A stretch of DNA of 62,426 bases, filler included, from Sphacelaria rigidula (taxonomy: Eukaryota): assembly GCA_964200075.2 (NCBI GenBank). It is 9 parts of 9 records of this genome, joined end to end, with 100 filler letters (N's around TTAATTAATTAA, not from the genome) between each part and the next. Parts side by side here need not be neighbours in the genome. Positions count along the whole stretch, not along the records: positions 34,740 to 41,586 come from CAXNAA020017783.1; positions 41,687 to 48,533 come from CAXNAA020017784.1; positions 48,634 to 55,480 come from CAXNAA020017785.1; 6 more parts are not named here. One strand, written 5' to 3'. Under the pieces are notes generated by a model. The model saw only the letters and a list, made by a program, of their open reading frames with translations, had not been told where the DNA came from and did not search any database. The translations under genes were made by a program, and so were the position numbers. Shown one piece after another: positions 38,001 to 49,418 of the stretch. Position 1 is the first letter of the stretch; each line of letters begins with the position of its first letter.

Positions 38001-40044
38001 TATGAAACGCATCTATTTTTGTTCTGAAATATGTTGTCTCTGGGGTTCTTAATGCATCCTTGCACCTGGCTAAGTCCCGCCCATTTCGGGAACGATGTTG
38101 TCGCCGCAGCTTTTCTTGGGCAAATCGGATGTTTTTCCTCATTTTGGATGAAAACATGACTCGAGAAATTGTCCCGGAAAGCACGTGAAAGCACGTCGAC
38201 GGTCACCACGGTCGTCACAATCGCCGTGCCGTGATCAGTTGCACACTCATATATACCACTACAGCAGCATGTCCTAACAAAATAAACTTGACAGGCGGTG
38301 ATGGCGAAAGCGGAGCTGGCACTGCCAGATGACGACCTGGCACCGTGGGATCAACTGGAAGAATGTACCGTATCAAACGTCCTCAGCAAGGGCAGAGGCT
38401 TCGCCGTGCAGGTACCAAATACCAAATCATTCCTCTGACTCTTTTTCCAATACCACCCCACCCTACCCCACCCCAGCCACATCTCGTGCACTTGAAATGC
38501 ATCTATAGTCCCCGCGTACATCGTCGTGAGCATCAGAAGGATGCTGAGCCCAAGCGAGTAGGCTGGCCTACAATATCCTTCGACAAGTGCGAAAACTTGG
38601 TGAAAATCGGCCATTTCTTAAAGTACCTGTCAGCCACAACCTCGAGCATATACCGGGTGTGAGCATCTTCCTCTGAATTTCACGAGACACTTCGGTCTGT
38701 CAGTCCATCAACGCTATTATGGCTCTAACCCTCGCTTATTTTGTGCGCAATCTGCTCCCCCCCCCCCCCCCCTTTCACCTCATGCCTCCCTGTGGTTGTT
38801 TCTTGTCGGAGGATAATTTTCTCTGCGAGGATGGATGGGACCCGGCGTTCTTGAACGATTGCTCTCGTTTCGGCGCGGAAGCCGGAAGACTCGCCGTCGA
38901 TGCCACTATGGGGGCTACGCGGGGGGAGATGGCCTGGGTGGAGCCTGACGCAGCTCTCGAGTCGACGTTTCCTGCACTGCATGAATTGCTGCTTACTCTT
39001 CACGCCCTCGCATATGAGTTGAATCACAAGGCTCCCGGCCTTAGCCTTGCGCGGCCATGCCGGGGTAAGGACATACCGGGAACCCTGTAGTGGGTGATCC
39101 AGCAGTCCGTGATGTCCTCACGGGACCCGGTTTCTCCTTTTTTCTTTCAAAGCTAGTGACCTTCGAGTAAAGGCCTGCGGAGTTCTTGCACTCAACTTGA
39201 ATCCCACGTGCAGTGCTAGTGCTAGTGCTAGTACGGTTGCAACGAACGAGTTGGACCAGAATCACTCACTGCCGGTGAATATGTTATCTGAACTCGGTGT
39301 TTTTTCTGTTTTGCTGCCCCCGAAATTTGGCATCGAATGAAGAACTGCGATTTTTGTGTCCGCTTGTAATGAATTGCCCAATATTCGACGCCAACAATCG
39401 CAGGCTCAACAATGCTGCTGCGGCTGCGCGAGGGCTGTCGACTGCCGGCGCAACTGGACAGTCGCGTTAACGGGGCGCCAACCGGGCACAAGATTTCGTG
39501 CGTATATTTCGTCGGCTGCTGCAACAAGGATGGCAACAATATTGGCTCTGTTGGAGGGCATTTCAAACTCCAGAACGTGGAAAACCCTCCTGTAGATGGT
39601 CTTGTCGGCGAGAGAGAAACTTCGCCGATTCTTATTCCGCGAAACGTTCCACGGGACGGTCGGCACACCGGAGAAAGCACCGCGTCAGATATGGACAGTG
39701 CACCAGTATTCGAAGGGAGGCTTGGTATTGAAGCTGTGGGACGAGAGTCGGCTGTAGATCGCAATGACAACGGAGATTGTGTTTCGGGTGCGGTGGGTGG
39801 TTCACAGAACATGTGTGCAACAGTTCCATCATCCCGCTGTCAAGCACAAAGTGCTCTTGTGGAGCCGGCGGCAGATAGATTGGTTTTGTATCGCAGTGAT
39901 CGTGTGTCCGCAGAGACGTTGGAGGTGCTAGGCGGCGACGGTGAGCAGTACGCTGTTAGGTTTTGGATGCACACGACAAAGGGAGTGAGGGAGGGGGAGG
40001 ACAGTAGATATGTCGGCGATTACGGGTCGCTTCCGAAACGATGA
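35087..40044 (+). CDS. EGLN/PHD-like 2OG-Fe(II) oxygenase-fold protein, 5'-partial, catalytic residues substituted; exons 35087-35302, 36534-36689, 37783-37854, 38295-38411, 38812-39064, 39404-40044
   Basis: All six exons join in phase. Motifs GFAVQ/DNFL, MLLRL, KISCVYF, GGHFKL, VEPAADRLVLYRSD and YAVRFW follow the order of the prolyl-hydroxylase (2OG-FeII_Oxy_3) fold. Confidence 0.8.
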
Positions 40045-42543
40045 CCCCATTACAAATTTATGGATGATGTCATGTAAATCGCCACGTTTATCGTGGAAGG
40101 TCATATCTAGCTCGCGCAGAGAGAATTTTGCGACTTGACAGCGCGGTGTAGTGTGTTGGTTATCCAGTCAGAGCTCTCCTGGCCACCTTCCTCACGCGGC
40201 GTGCCAGTTCGCGGCCATGTTGCGAAATGTTGTGTTGTATGTCACAAACAGCAGGCATACTGCTTTCTGAGCACGGTGTGCCTGTGTTCACCGAAACTTT
40301 TATGTGCGTTGCGAGCCCGGCCAAACCATGATCCCGTCAGAAGACGTGGCGAGATCACTCACCTCCTCCGTTTACTGTGAGTTATGAATGAGTGAACAAA
40401 AGACATGGCGTCACCTACCGTACGTGCGGTCCTTGGTAGAATCTTTGTGGTGAACTCTGATCTCGTTGTGTTTCGGGGAATTGCTATCTCCTGACAATGC
40501 GTCTCAACAATCCTACGCCATAATATGACGGTCGAAGAACGAACTTCTTCCAAAGTCTGTTCCTTGCTCTTGCGGCAAAAAGAGACGCCCAGTGAGCAGT
40601 AGTGCAAAAGAGGAGACAGCAGCGGGAGGACCGCCGGATTGTAATGCGCGCGGAAGAGGCTACGCCGATTCAGTGCAAGCAGCGAGGACGTCGGGTGCCC
40701 CAGTGCTGTTGCCAACAGTGGGTTGAGAGTTAGTTCAGAGACGGCCCCATTGCTCTGAACGTAACAAGGATAAGATTATTGTAGTGTGCGAAGGCTGGCA
40801 ATTATCGGTACACGATGAAAATAGCTCTCTCGCAGTCAGAAGAGGCGCACGCGCTCATACGTCCTTTAATTTATTGGCGGCAACTCGTGACTATAAGCAG
40901 CGCCCGCAGCTACAATTTGTATCTGCACCTTACGTGAGGCAGGCTCCCCACTTATGTTGTCCGAAAGAATGCATCGTCGATCTCCACTCATTCACCTTGA
41001 TCACTAGCTGATTTCTACCTAAACTCACGTAGGCGGTGGCTCAACGAGCGACAATCAAAGTGCGACACACCTGAAAGATCACTCATAAGCTAGCTTGCAG
41101 GATGACATGAGCCATTCGGGAATTCATCCACGTACGTACAGGCTTGTCCCCCGGCATGAGCACAATCCCCGCCGCGGCGCCCTTTCATACGCAGCTGCCC
41201 TGTACGCCGTAGTAAACGTCAACAGTGTTGTTGCACTTCCACGAAGATTCCTCTACTCATCTTGCCGAAGAAGATGGACCTGGACGTCAAACACAACGAC
41301 TACGTGTTCAGCACTGTGGAGGATACCTTCTAGGCGAGTTGCTCAACGATAAGGGGCGGGGGGGGAGGCGGGGACATCAAGATCTAAATTTCGCGTATTC
41401 CGTGGGAAGCACTACTCATGCCCGGTGATGATGCCCTGTGGTTCCTGGGGTTAATAGGCAACGATAACTTACGGGACCAGGGCGACACGCGAACTTCTTT
41501 TGTCAGCAGCTTCAATGAGGCGCTGCGCACCCGGGAATGATGATGCCCTGTCATCTACGATAGGGGGGGGGGGGGGGGGCGGTATTNNNNNNNNNNNNNN
41601 NNNNNNNNNNNNNNNNNNNNNNNNNNNNNNTTAATTAATTAANNNNNNNNNNNNNNNNNNNNNNNNNNNNNNNNNNNNNNNNNNNNTGCGAGCCTGGTCC
41701 GGCGAAAACCCGGCGTGCTCCGTCCCGGCTTTGTAAGGATGCGAGGCCACCCTCCCCCAGTATAATATAGAAAACCTTTTGGAAAACATTTCTCCCCTCA
41801 AGAGGGCTTCGTTATAAGTGTTGGCCTTATTTTCCGTCGTTCGACGCCAGGCGTACGGTGCGAAGCGGCCGATGGTGCGTCTTTTGTGCATCCACTCATT
41901 TTCCTGATACATTACAATATTCATTGGATACGGGGCCTATTGCAAAGAGATTATCCTCTCACGAGGGCTTGGCAATATGTGCCGTCCTTTTTCTCCGCTT
42001 CTTGAATACGATTAACGATAGGTTCTCGACATTTATCATCGATTACTTCTAGAAAAAAGGTGTAAGGAACCGGAGCGCAGCGGCGGTCCCGAGCGAATTG
42101 TACCAAGGATACAACAATATGCACAGTACAGACAGCGCAGCAGAGTGCAGCACACGACACTATCCTTTTCACCCTAATAGATCCAATGCAATCCATCAAG
42201 GATGTGCTGCGTAGGGTATTTCCCACATTTGAGTGTTTCAAATCGTACTCCAAGCACCTAAAACTTCGGGCAGATTTCTGAGATCGTACTCAACGATAGC
42301 CAGATATTGGGTAGAGTAATGCGATCGTGCGTAACTTCACCCAATATTTGGGTAGAGGTCGGAGATCGGACCATTGCAACACCAAGCTCGGGAGAGTAAA
42401 TGCCCGGGTATTTACCCTACTCAACACACCCTTGCAATCCTGCAGTAATCCATATTCCATGCTCGACGGTGTTCCTGAAGGCAAAGCCAGTAACATAATG
42501 ATGAGCGTAATTACGACTATTCACATGCCGTTCGATCATGCCA

Positions 42544-42735
42544 GGCCGTGTTTTAGCACATCAGTTTTTGATTGAGAAAGTATGGTGGACAACAAAAATC
42601 CCGATATGATAGGTCGTGATTTCAACCATCTTCAAAAAAATAACGACGATGGTTGAAATTACGACCTATCAGATCGGGATTTTTTCTTTCCACCGCACAA
42701 TTCCGATCGAAAACTAATGTGCTACGACACGCCCT
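42544..42735. mobile_element. Hairpin MITE, same family as 29524-30797
   Basis: Palindromic ...gataggtcgtgatttcaaccatc..gatggttgaaattacgacctatc..., closely similar to 30623-30797. Confidence 0.8.
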
Positions 42736-43552
42736 CAACAGAGACCTCGTGACTGCATTGGGCACATGGATCGGACGAGATTGGATTGCGCCAGGTTGGG
42801 GAGGTTCATATTGACGGACTTGTACAGTAGCCGTTTACCGTTGTGCGCAGTACGAAAGGTACAGTACAGTGCAGTATAGCGCAGTGCAGGTGCAGTGTAC
42901 GTACGGACTGAGGACTGTGACGCACACCGGGCCGTGCGTGCTCTTGTGCATCATCATACGGTATACTGTTGTTGTTCGCAAGTGCCAAGGCCACTGCAGC
43001 TGCGAGTGAAAACGGTGTGAGTGAGGTAATTCATCATGGTGGGTTGGAGCCATGGCGAGGTAAAGTCAATGTAATATCACATCCACAGAGCAGAGCACAA
43101 GTATTTTCTGTGGTGCACTGCTCGTTGTGAGCAGTACGATAGGGCCGTTGCATTTCTGAAGCTGAGTGGAGATACCTGTACTCATGGGAATTTTTGAAAT
43201 TTTGTACTGTTGTCGTACTACACTGCACACCGTACTTGTACTTGAAACGGCATAAAAAAAGGGGATTGCTTTTCACCGCGCAGCTTCAACTTCTGAAGGT
43301 TTTTGAAAGTCGTGTTCCTCCTGGTTGTCTGGGCTATCGGCGCAATGGACATATCAGGGAAGGAGAATCACAGATAAGCTTGGCGTACGGGTCATTTGAT
43401 GCCCCGTCCACCCTCACGAACACCCTCAGCGCGTGTATTCAGACAACCAGCAAGATCTGGGACTGTGAGTTCAACTAAGCTACTACTGACTGTCCACTGC
43501 GTACAGCGCCGCTGCATCGCTCAGGACTACAGTACAAGTTGATGTTGCTCAC

Positions 43553-44082
43553 CATCAAGCCTGCTGAAAACAGAAGACAAAAATATCTCCATGCCACAAA
43601 AACACATACGAAACACCACCAACAGCACTGAGACCAATACCATCATCAACACACGCTACTCTGCTGTAATTAAGGACCAGCAGCAACATCGTATAGACAT
43701 CTTATACTCATCCACCCATCCCCATATCCCACCTGATCACGGCCACACCGTTCGCCAATTTTTCCACTGGGCGAAAGTACCTCAGGTTATGACTGCCAGC
43801 GCCCTGCTCGTTGGCCGCAGGGGCAACCGATTCGGCTGGCATCGCAGACGCAAACCCTCTAGAGTCGCCGGTCGCTACCGACATAGCCATCGGAGGCGAT
43901 ACCTTCTTATGCTCATATTTGTCGCTGCTGCTATGGAGTAGGGCACTAGAGGCGGGGATCAGCGTAGATCCACCGGCGCCGCCATGGCGCCGCCGTACGG
44001 CGGCTACGGCATTTGAATTAGCGGCGTATCTCGAGAGCAACCTCGTTGAAGTTGCTGGAACGGCGGCGCGACGTAAAGCCAT
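43553..44082 (-). CDS. 5' exons (44082-43733 and 8-nt microexon 43560-43553) of a mitochondrion-targeted crotonase-fold protein, probably the trifunctional beta-oxidation enzyme alpha subunit
   Basis: Arg/Ala/Ser-rich presequence MALRRAAVPATSTRLLSRY..., then YFRPVEKLANGVAVIR/LD, like the first strands of enoyl-CoA hydratase domains. No further exon found in the contig, so the family call is tentative. Confidence 0.65.
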
Positions 44083-44680
44083 CTCGGTAGTTGCAGGTGT
44101 TCTGAGTTTTTATCGGTATCCGAGATGGGGCGGTGATAGCGCTAGTATTTTACGTGGATATCGTCTCGAGTGTAAATGGCTGATTGAAGTGTTGTGTGTC
44201 GACCAAGGATAAGTGGAGATGTGTTGCCTGTTCCGTGAAGTGGAGGGAGCCTGCGGCAACATCTGACAAATGTCATCATCCACTTTTGTTACGTTTCGTA
44301 CTGTGTTTCATGTTGCTCTTCGACGATAATTGTTTTTGTATTGTGAATTGCGAGTTGGAGGCGCATAGTAAATCTTAATACAAAAAAGTTGTGCCGCACC
44401 GCACTTACCGCGTTGTACCGCCGCACGCAACTCACCATGATGATTAGTGCTGAGATGCTCCTTTCCGTCCGTACGCAAGCCTCACCGCGCACTGTAGCTA
44501 GTTATGCACACGTTTCATATTGTCGAAGGAGTAGAGCTGGTCATCTTTTAGCTGCAACGCAATTAAGATCGATAACAAGTGAAAACTCGGACCAGGCGCG
44601 ATTGGTCTCGCTCGAGATGTACGCAAGCGAAGGAGGAACGGTGAACTGACCAACGACGAATGCTCAGTTGCTGAGATAAA

Positions 44681-44983
44681 ATGGTACTCGTAGCACCGCT
44701 GAAAAAGAGTCGATCTACCTCCGCATGCAAAGGAGGCGAGGATTGGTCGGCGTGGCCAGAAACTGCGAAAGTTTCGATAGACGTATCGCGTGGTGCTGCC
44801 GCAGTTATGCATGATAGGTTCGTTGACGGTGACCGAGGAAATGCATCCGACGAGGATGCCGAGAAAGAAATGCTGTACCTCCGAGAGAAGATAGTCGAAG
44901 CAGTTCGCGAGGGTGATGCTCAAGAAACCAAACATCTTCTAGGTCTATCCCTTGGAAGGAGGCTAATGCCCGCACATGAAAAG
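44681..44983 (+). CDS. Probable first exon of an unknown protein (possibly ankyrin-like), divergent from the previous gene
   Basis: ATG in aaaATGG context, 101 open codons, donor AAG|GTCAGT; IVEAVREGDAQETKHLL resembles an ankyrin capping repeat. Confidence 0.55.
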
Positions 44984-45116
44984 GTCAGTATGCGACCCTT
45001 CCACAGCCGAAGAACCGCGCAGTCCTGTACCGCTGTCTAAAATCTTCACTGCTGCTGCCGCTGCTGCTGCTGCTGTAGTTGTACACCTGTACTGTACTGC
45101 ATGTACACACTGCCAA

Positions 45117-45345
45117 TCGCCCCGGTGGTTCAGTTGGTAACCGCGAAACCTTCAACCTTCTAACAGATGGGACGCGGGTTCATATCTCAATGAAGTCACA
45201 CGATCTGGGATTTTTCTCGCATCATGCCCGACAGTGAAGAGCGACGGGTGCACAAAGCTCGACTTCACGGTAGACGCGAGGGAAAGGGGCCGTTGAACCC
45301 TTCTCGCGACAAAACAAAAGGCAAAGCACCACAGAAGGTCGTGTG
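45117..45345 (+). mobile_element. tRNA-derived SINE, degenerate and truncated
   Basis: gccccggtggttcagttggtaac head; body motifs (gatctgggattttt, gagggaaaggg..tgaaccc) shared with 53704-54066. Confidence 0.7.
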
Positions 45346-45407
45346 CCACAACAAAATAATAAGGAAAAAAAATGGGTAATGCTACTTCCAAGTCGCGACT
45401 TGGAAAT

Positions 45408-47815
45408 AGTCATGTCCACCACCAGCTGCGATTTGACTACCCGCCCGCGTTCGTCTCATGTGCCTTACATCGACACCACAACACCCGGAATACACTCACA
45501 CATTCCGCGGCCATCGTTCAAGCCATCGCACGGTGCCAACGGCCCCGTAGCGAACGAGAAACGCGCCTGCTGCACAGAGCCAAAAAATATCGCCGCCCGA
45601 CTGAAGGTGGACATAATAACTTATGTCCAAGTCGCGACGTGGACATAAGTTATGTCCGCAACCAGCGAGTGGAATACCTGTCCGTGCTCGTTCCATATGA
45701 CCTGTATCGAAACTACAGCACCTGCAATACACCCACACAGTCCGTGGCCATCGTTCAAGCCATCGCACGGCGCCAACGGCCTCGTAGCGAGCGAGAAGCG
45801 CGCCTGCTGCACAGTGCCAAAAAATACCGCCGCCCGACTGGAGGTGGACATGACTCATGTCCAAGTCGCGACTTGGACATATGTGTCATGTCCGCGACCA
45901 GCGAGTGGAATACCTGTCCGCGCCCGTCCCATGTGCCTTGCATCGACCCTACAGGACCTGCAATACACACGCACAGTCCGTGGCCATCGTTCAAGCCATC
46001 GCACGGTGCGAACGGCCTCGTCGCGAGCGAGAAACGCGCCTGCTGCACAGTGCCGAAAATACCGCCGCCCGACTGGAGGTGGACATAAGCTATGTCCACC
46101 ATGAGCGATTGAAATACCTATCCACGTTCGTCCCATGTGCCTTGCATCGACCCTACAGCACCTGCAATACATTCATCAAACAGCCCGTAGCCATCGTTCA
46201 AGACATCGCATGGCACAAGTGATAGTTCAAACGACCCGATAGTTGGCAGCAGACGTGGCTAACCCGTTTGGATACGAAAACTCCGACCGCGAGTAACTTG
46301 GACGAACGTGACGTAGGTAACTTGGGCATAAGCTATTTTGACTGGAGGGATGGGAGCACGTAGTCATGTGCTTGCGATTGATAACGGTCGCGTTGCAGAA
46401 AAAACGCCAACTGGTGATTGCTGCTAGTACGTTTTACCCGCATTGTTTTGCGATGCACTGAGGTTTTTACCAGCGTGATGAGAATGCATCTACAGACAGA
46501 GTGCAATAAACTAGAAATGTGCACGTTGCTCAAATGTCTCGCGTCGCACGTTGTTTACGTGCCCTGTCCGTATACCCTGGGGCTGTTGGGTACGAAGTGC
46601 GGATAACGCGTACCAGCCGCGAAGATGGCTCCATAAATCGACCCTTTCTTCGTCTCACCGGCGATATCCTCGACACACAACTAGTGGGTCGATTTCCCAC
46701 GGCTGTAGGAGCTGCGAGGGAAAAGGCCAATGTTGTATATCTAGTCCCAAAGGCTACTGCATCGTGATACTGCTCCCGCGTGCTTTAGCATTGCACCCCA
46801 CGATGGCTTGAACGGTGGCTACGCAATGTGTGAGTATATTGCAGCTGCTATGGTGTCGATACAAGGCACATGGGACGAGCGCGGATAGGTATTCCACTCG
46901 CTGGAGTTGGACATGCAGTAGCTGATGATGTCCAACTCCAGTCGGGTGGCGGTATTATTGTTTGGCCCTGTGTGTAGCAGGCGCGTTTCTCGTCCGTTAC
47001 GACGCTGTTTGCAACGCACGATAGCTTGAACGATGACTACGAACTGTGTGCGTGTACTGCAGGTGCTGTGGTGTCGATACAGGTCACATCAGGCGAGCGC
47101 GGACAGGTATTCCACTCGCTGGAGTTGGACATAAGCTATGTTCAACTCGCGACTTGGACATAGTAGCTTATGTCCACCTCCAGTCGGTTGCCGATATTTC
47201 TTGGCACTGTGCAGCAGGCGCGTTTCTCGTCCCCTTGTAATGCGTGAGAGGACCGCGTGCTTAGAGGACCACGCCGTAGTTCAAAACACCTCAGGATCGA
47301 CGTTTTCCAAAACCAATCGGGCCAATCCCTGCAGGTACCACGCCCATGACCATGACCCTAACATTGACCCTAACCCTAACCCTAACCGTAGGGATGTTGA
47401 AATTCCAATGCGGTCCTCTAAGTCTGCGGTCCCCTCACGCATTACACACTACAAGGCCGTTTGCACCGTGCGATGGCTTGAATGGTGGCTACGGACTGTG
47501 TGAGTGTATTGCAGGTGCTGTGGTGTCGATGTAAGGCACATGTGACGAGCGCGGACAGGTATTCCACTCGCTGGAGGTGGACATACGCTATGTCCAAGTC
47601 ACATATCTCATGTCCACCTCCAGTCGGTTGGCGGTATTTTTTGGCTCTGTGCAGCAGGCGCGTTTCTCGTTCGCTACGAGGCCGTTGGCACCGTGCGATG
47701 GCTTGAACGATGACCACGGAATGTGTGAGTGTAATCCGGGTGTTCTGGTGTCGATGAAAGGCACATGAGACGAACGCGGGCGGGTAGTCAAATCACAGCT
47801 GGAGGTGGACATAAC
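45408..47815. mobile_element. Foldback-type element: long inverted arms built from ~210-240-bp tandem units around a ~580-bp spacer
   Basis: gccatcgttcaag units at ~45510, 45747, 45982, 46190, with inverted copies at ~46801, 47018, 47470, 47696. Outer ends atgtccacc.ccagctg.gatttgactacccgcccgcgttcgtctcatgtgcc are inverted matches. Confidence 0.8.
47236..47446. mobile_element. MITE inserted in the foldback arm, carrying (CCCTAA)n
   Basis: tgtaatgcgtgagaggaccgc ... gcggtcccctcacgcattaca inverted ends; accctaaccctaaccctaacc at ~47367-47387. Confidence 0.7.
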
Positions 47816-47859
47816 AATTTCACACGTCGGACAACTCATGAGTTAACTCAGTTATGCTC

Positions 47860-48250
47860 TATAACTCACCCGGCCAGAATGTGCATAACTGAGTTATAGT
47901 TTATAACTCACGCGGCCGGAATGTGCATAGCTGAGTTATATATATTATACCTCACCCAGCCAGATTGCGCATAACTGAGTAATAGGTTACAACTCACCTG
48001 GCCAAATTTTGCATCGCTGAGTTATAGTTTATAACCCACCCGCCCGGAATGTGCATACCTGAGTTATAGATTATAACTCACACGGCCAGAATGCGCACAA
48101 CTGAGTTATAGATTATAACTCACCTGTCCGGAATATGCATAAATGAGTTATAGTTTATAACTCACCCGGCCAGAATGTACATAACTGAGTTATAGTTTAT
48201 AACTCACCTGACCAAGATGTGCATAACTGTGTGATGCTGCTATAACTCAC
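47860..48250 (+). repeat. 42-bp minisatellite (~9 units), each with a palindromic TGAGTTATA-NNN-TATAACTCA core
   Basis: tataactcac-like motif recurs at ~47860, 47902, 47946, 47988, 48030, 48072, 48114, 48156, 48198, 48241. Confidence 0.9.
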
Positions 48251-49180
48251 GTATTAGTTATTGGGAAATTAGTAATGAAGAACAAACTCACTCGACCGGA
48301 AACACGCGGAAAACAACGATCGACACAGCTCACTCATGTAAGAAGAAACGCGTGATCACGTGACACGTCTGCTGGTACACATAGCGTGAAGGGCCTCGTA
48401 GTATATACGCATATATCAATACTGCCGCAGGTGTAATATGATAACATGTACAATTCACGAGTATACAGTATAACGAAATGCCCGTTTATTACGGTTTCAC
48501 GTTTCTGGACGGCCGGGTGGGGGGAGGCGGGGGNNNNNNNNNNNNNNNNNNNNNNNNNNNNNNNNNNNNNNNNNNNNTTAATTAATTAANNNNNNNNNNN
48601 NNNNNNNNNNNNNNNNNNNNNNNNNNNNNNNNNCTGTCCATCCTCGCCTCTCTGACCCGCTGTCAAACGACGAAGGCGAGAAACGAATGAGCCCCCCCCC
48701 CCCCCCGCCCCCCCTCCTCGAAAAGAACAAAAAGAACGAGTCGTGTTTAACTGAGGGTCTAGACGGTGAAAGGGTCATATGCACATGCAGCCTTTACCGG
48801 TGCGTTTTGAGGACTATTCCACCATGCCGTGTGTCATTGTTCGGTGTTGTGTATGTCATTCTCTGGTGTTTGTGTCATTCTCCGGTGTTGTCTCTGTCAT
48901 CCTCCCATTATGTGTATCATTTCTGTAGGTGTGTCAGTGCTGCAGTGTTATTCCCAGCAGTTGAAGCTGCATCATTCTTTCGAGAAGACAAGAAAAAGTG
49001 CCTTTCGGTTTTCAAAGTCTGGAACTACAACCCCTGGAGTTGCGGGTTGATTCGCACGTGTTGTCTATCCTCCCGCATATGATTTAAAATACCTGGCTCA
49101 TCTCTGTATGCTGCGTCGTCAGCTGTGCCTTCATGTTTTGTCCTGCGTGCCCCTGTGTGATTACTTACTACAACCTGCAG

Positions 49181-49379
49181 CAAGATCCGCAGGTGGCGAT
49201 GGCCCTCGTGGCTGTTACCATCACCCTTGGGTTCTTCGTGTTCGGCCAGTTCAAGCCTAAGAAGGTGAGGTGGATTGGGTGATCTTTTTGTGTGTACGGT
49301 CCAACACTCACGACACAAGAACAAAATTCTGCTACGCATCAATGTTATTGCTGCGTTTGATTGATGATTGATTTATTGA

Positions 49380-49418
<39 letters not shown>

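Noticed and set aside
40359..40715. Possible minus-strand exon convergent on the oxygenase-like gene
   Set aside because: Only a donor-like site supports it; no recognisable product or partner exon.
43194..43478. FDAPSTLTNTLS as the next crotonase exon
   Set aside because: It resembles the expected motif but lies on the opposite strand from the gene; treated as coincidence.
45343..47839. Cluster of overlapping ORFs with repeated peptides
   Set aside because: All derive from the foldback tandem units; they are open in several frames on both strands with no domain signature.
47860..48250. CRISPR array
   Set aside because: The linkers between palindromes are homologous to one another, no cas genes are present and the context is eukaryotic; it is a minisatellite.
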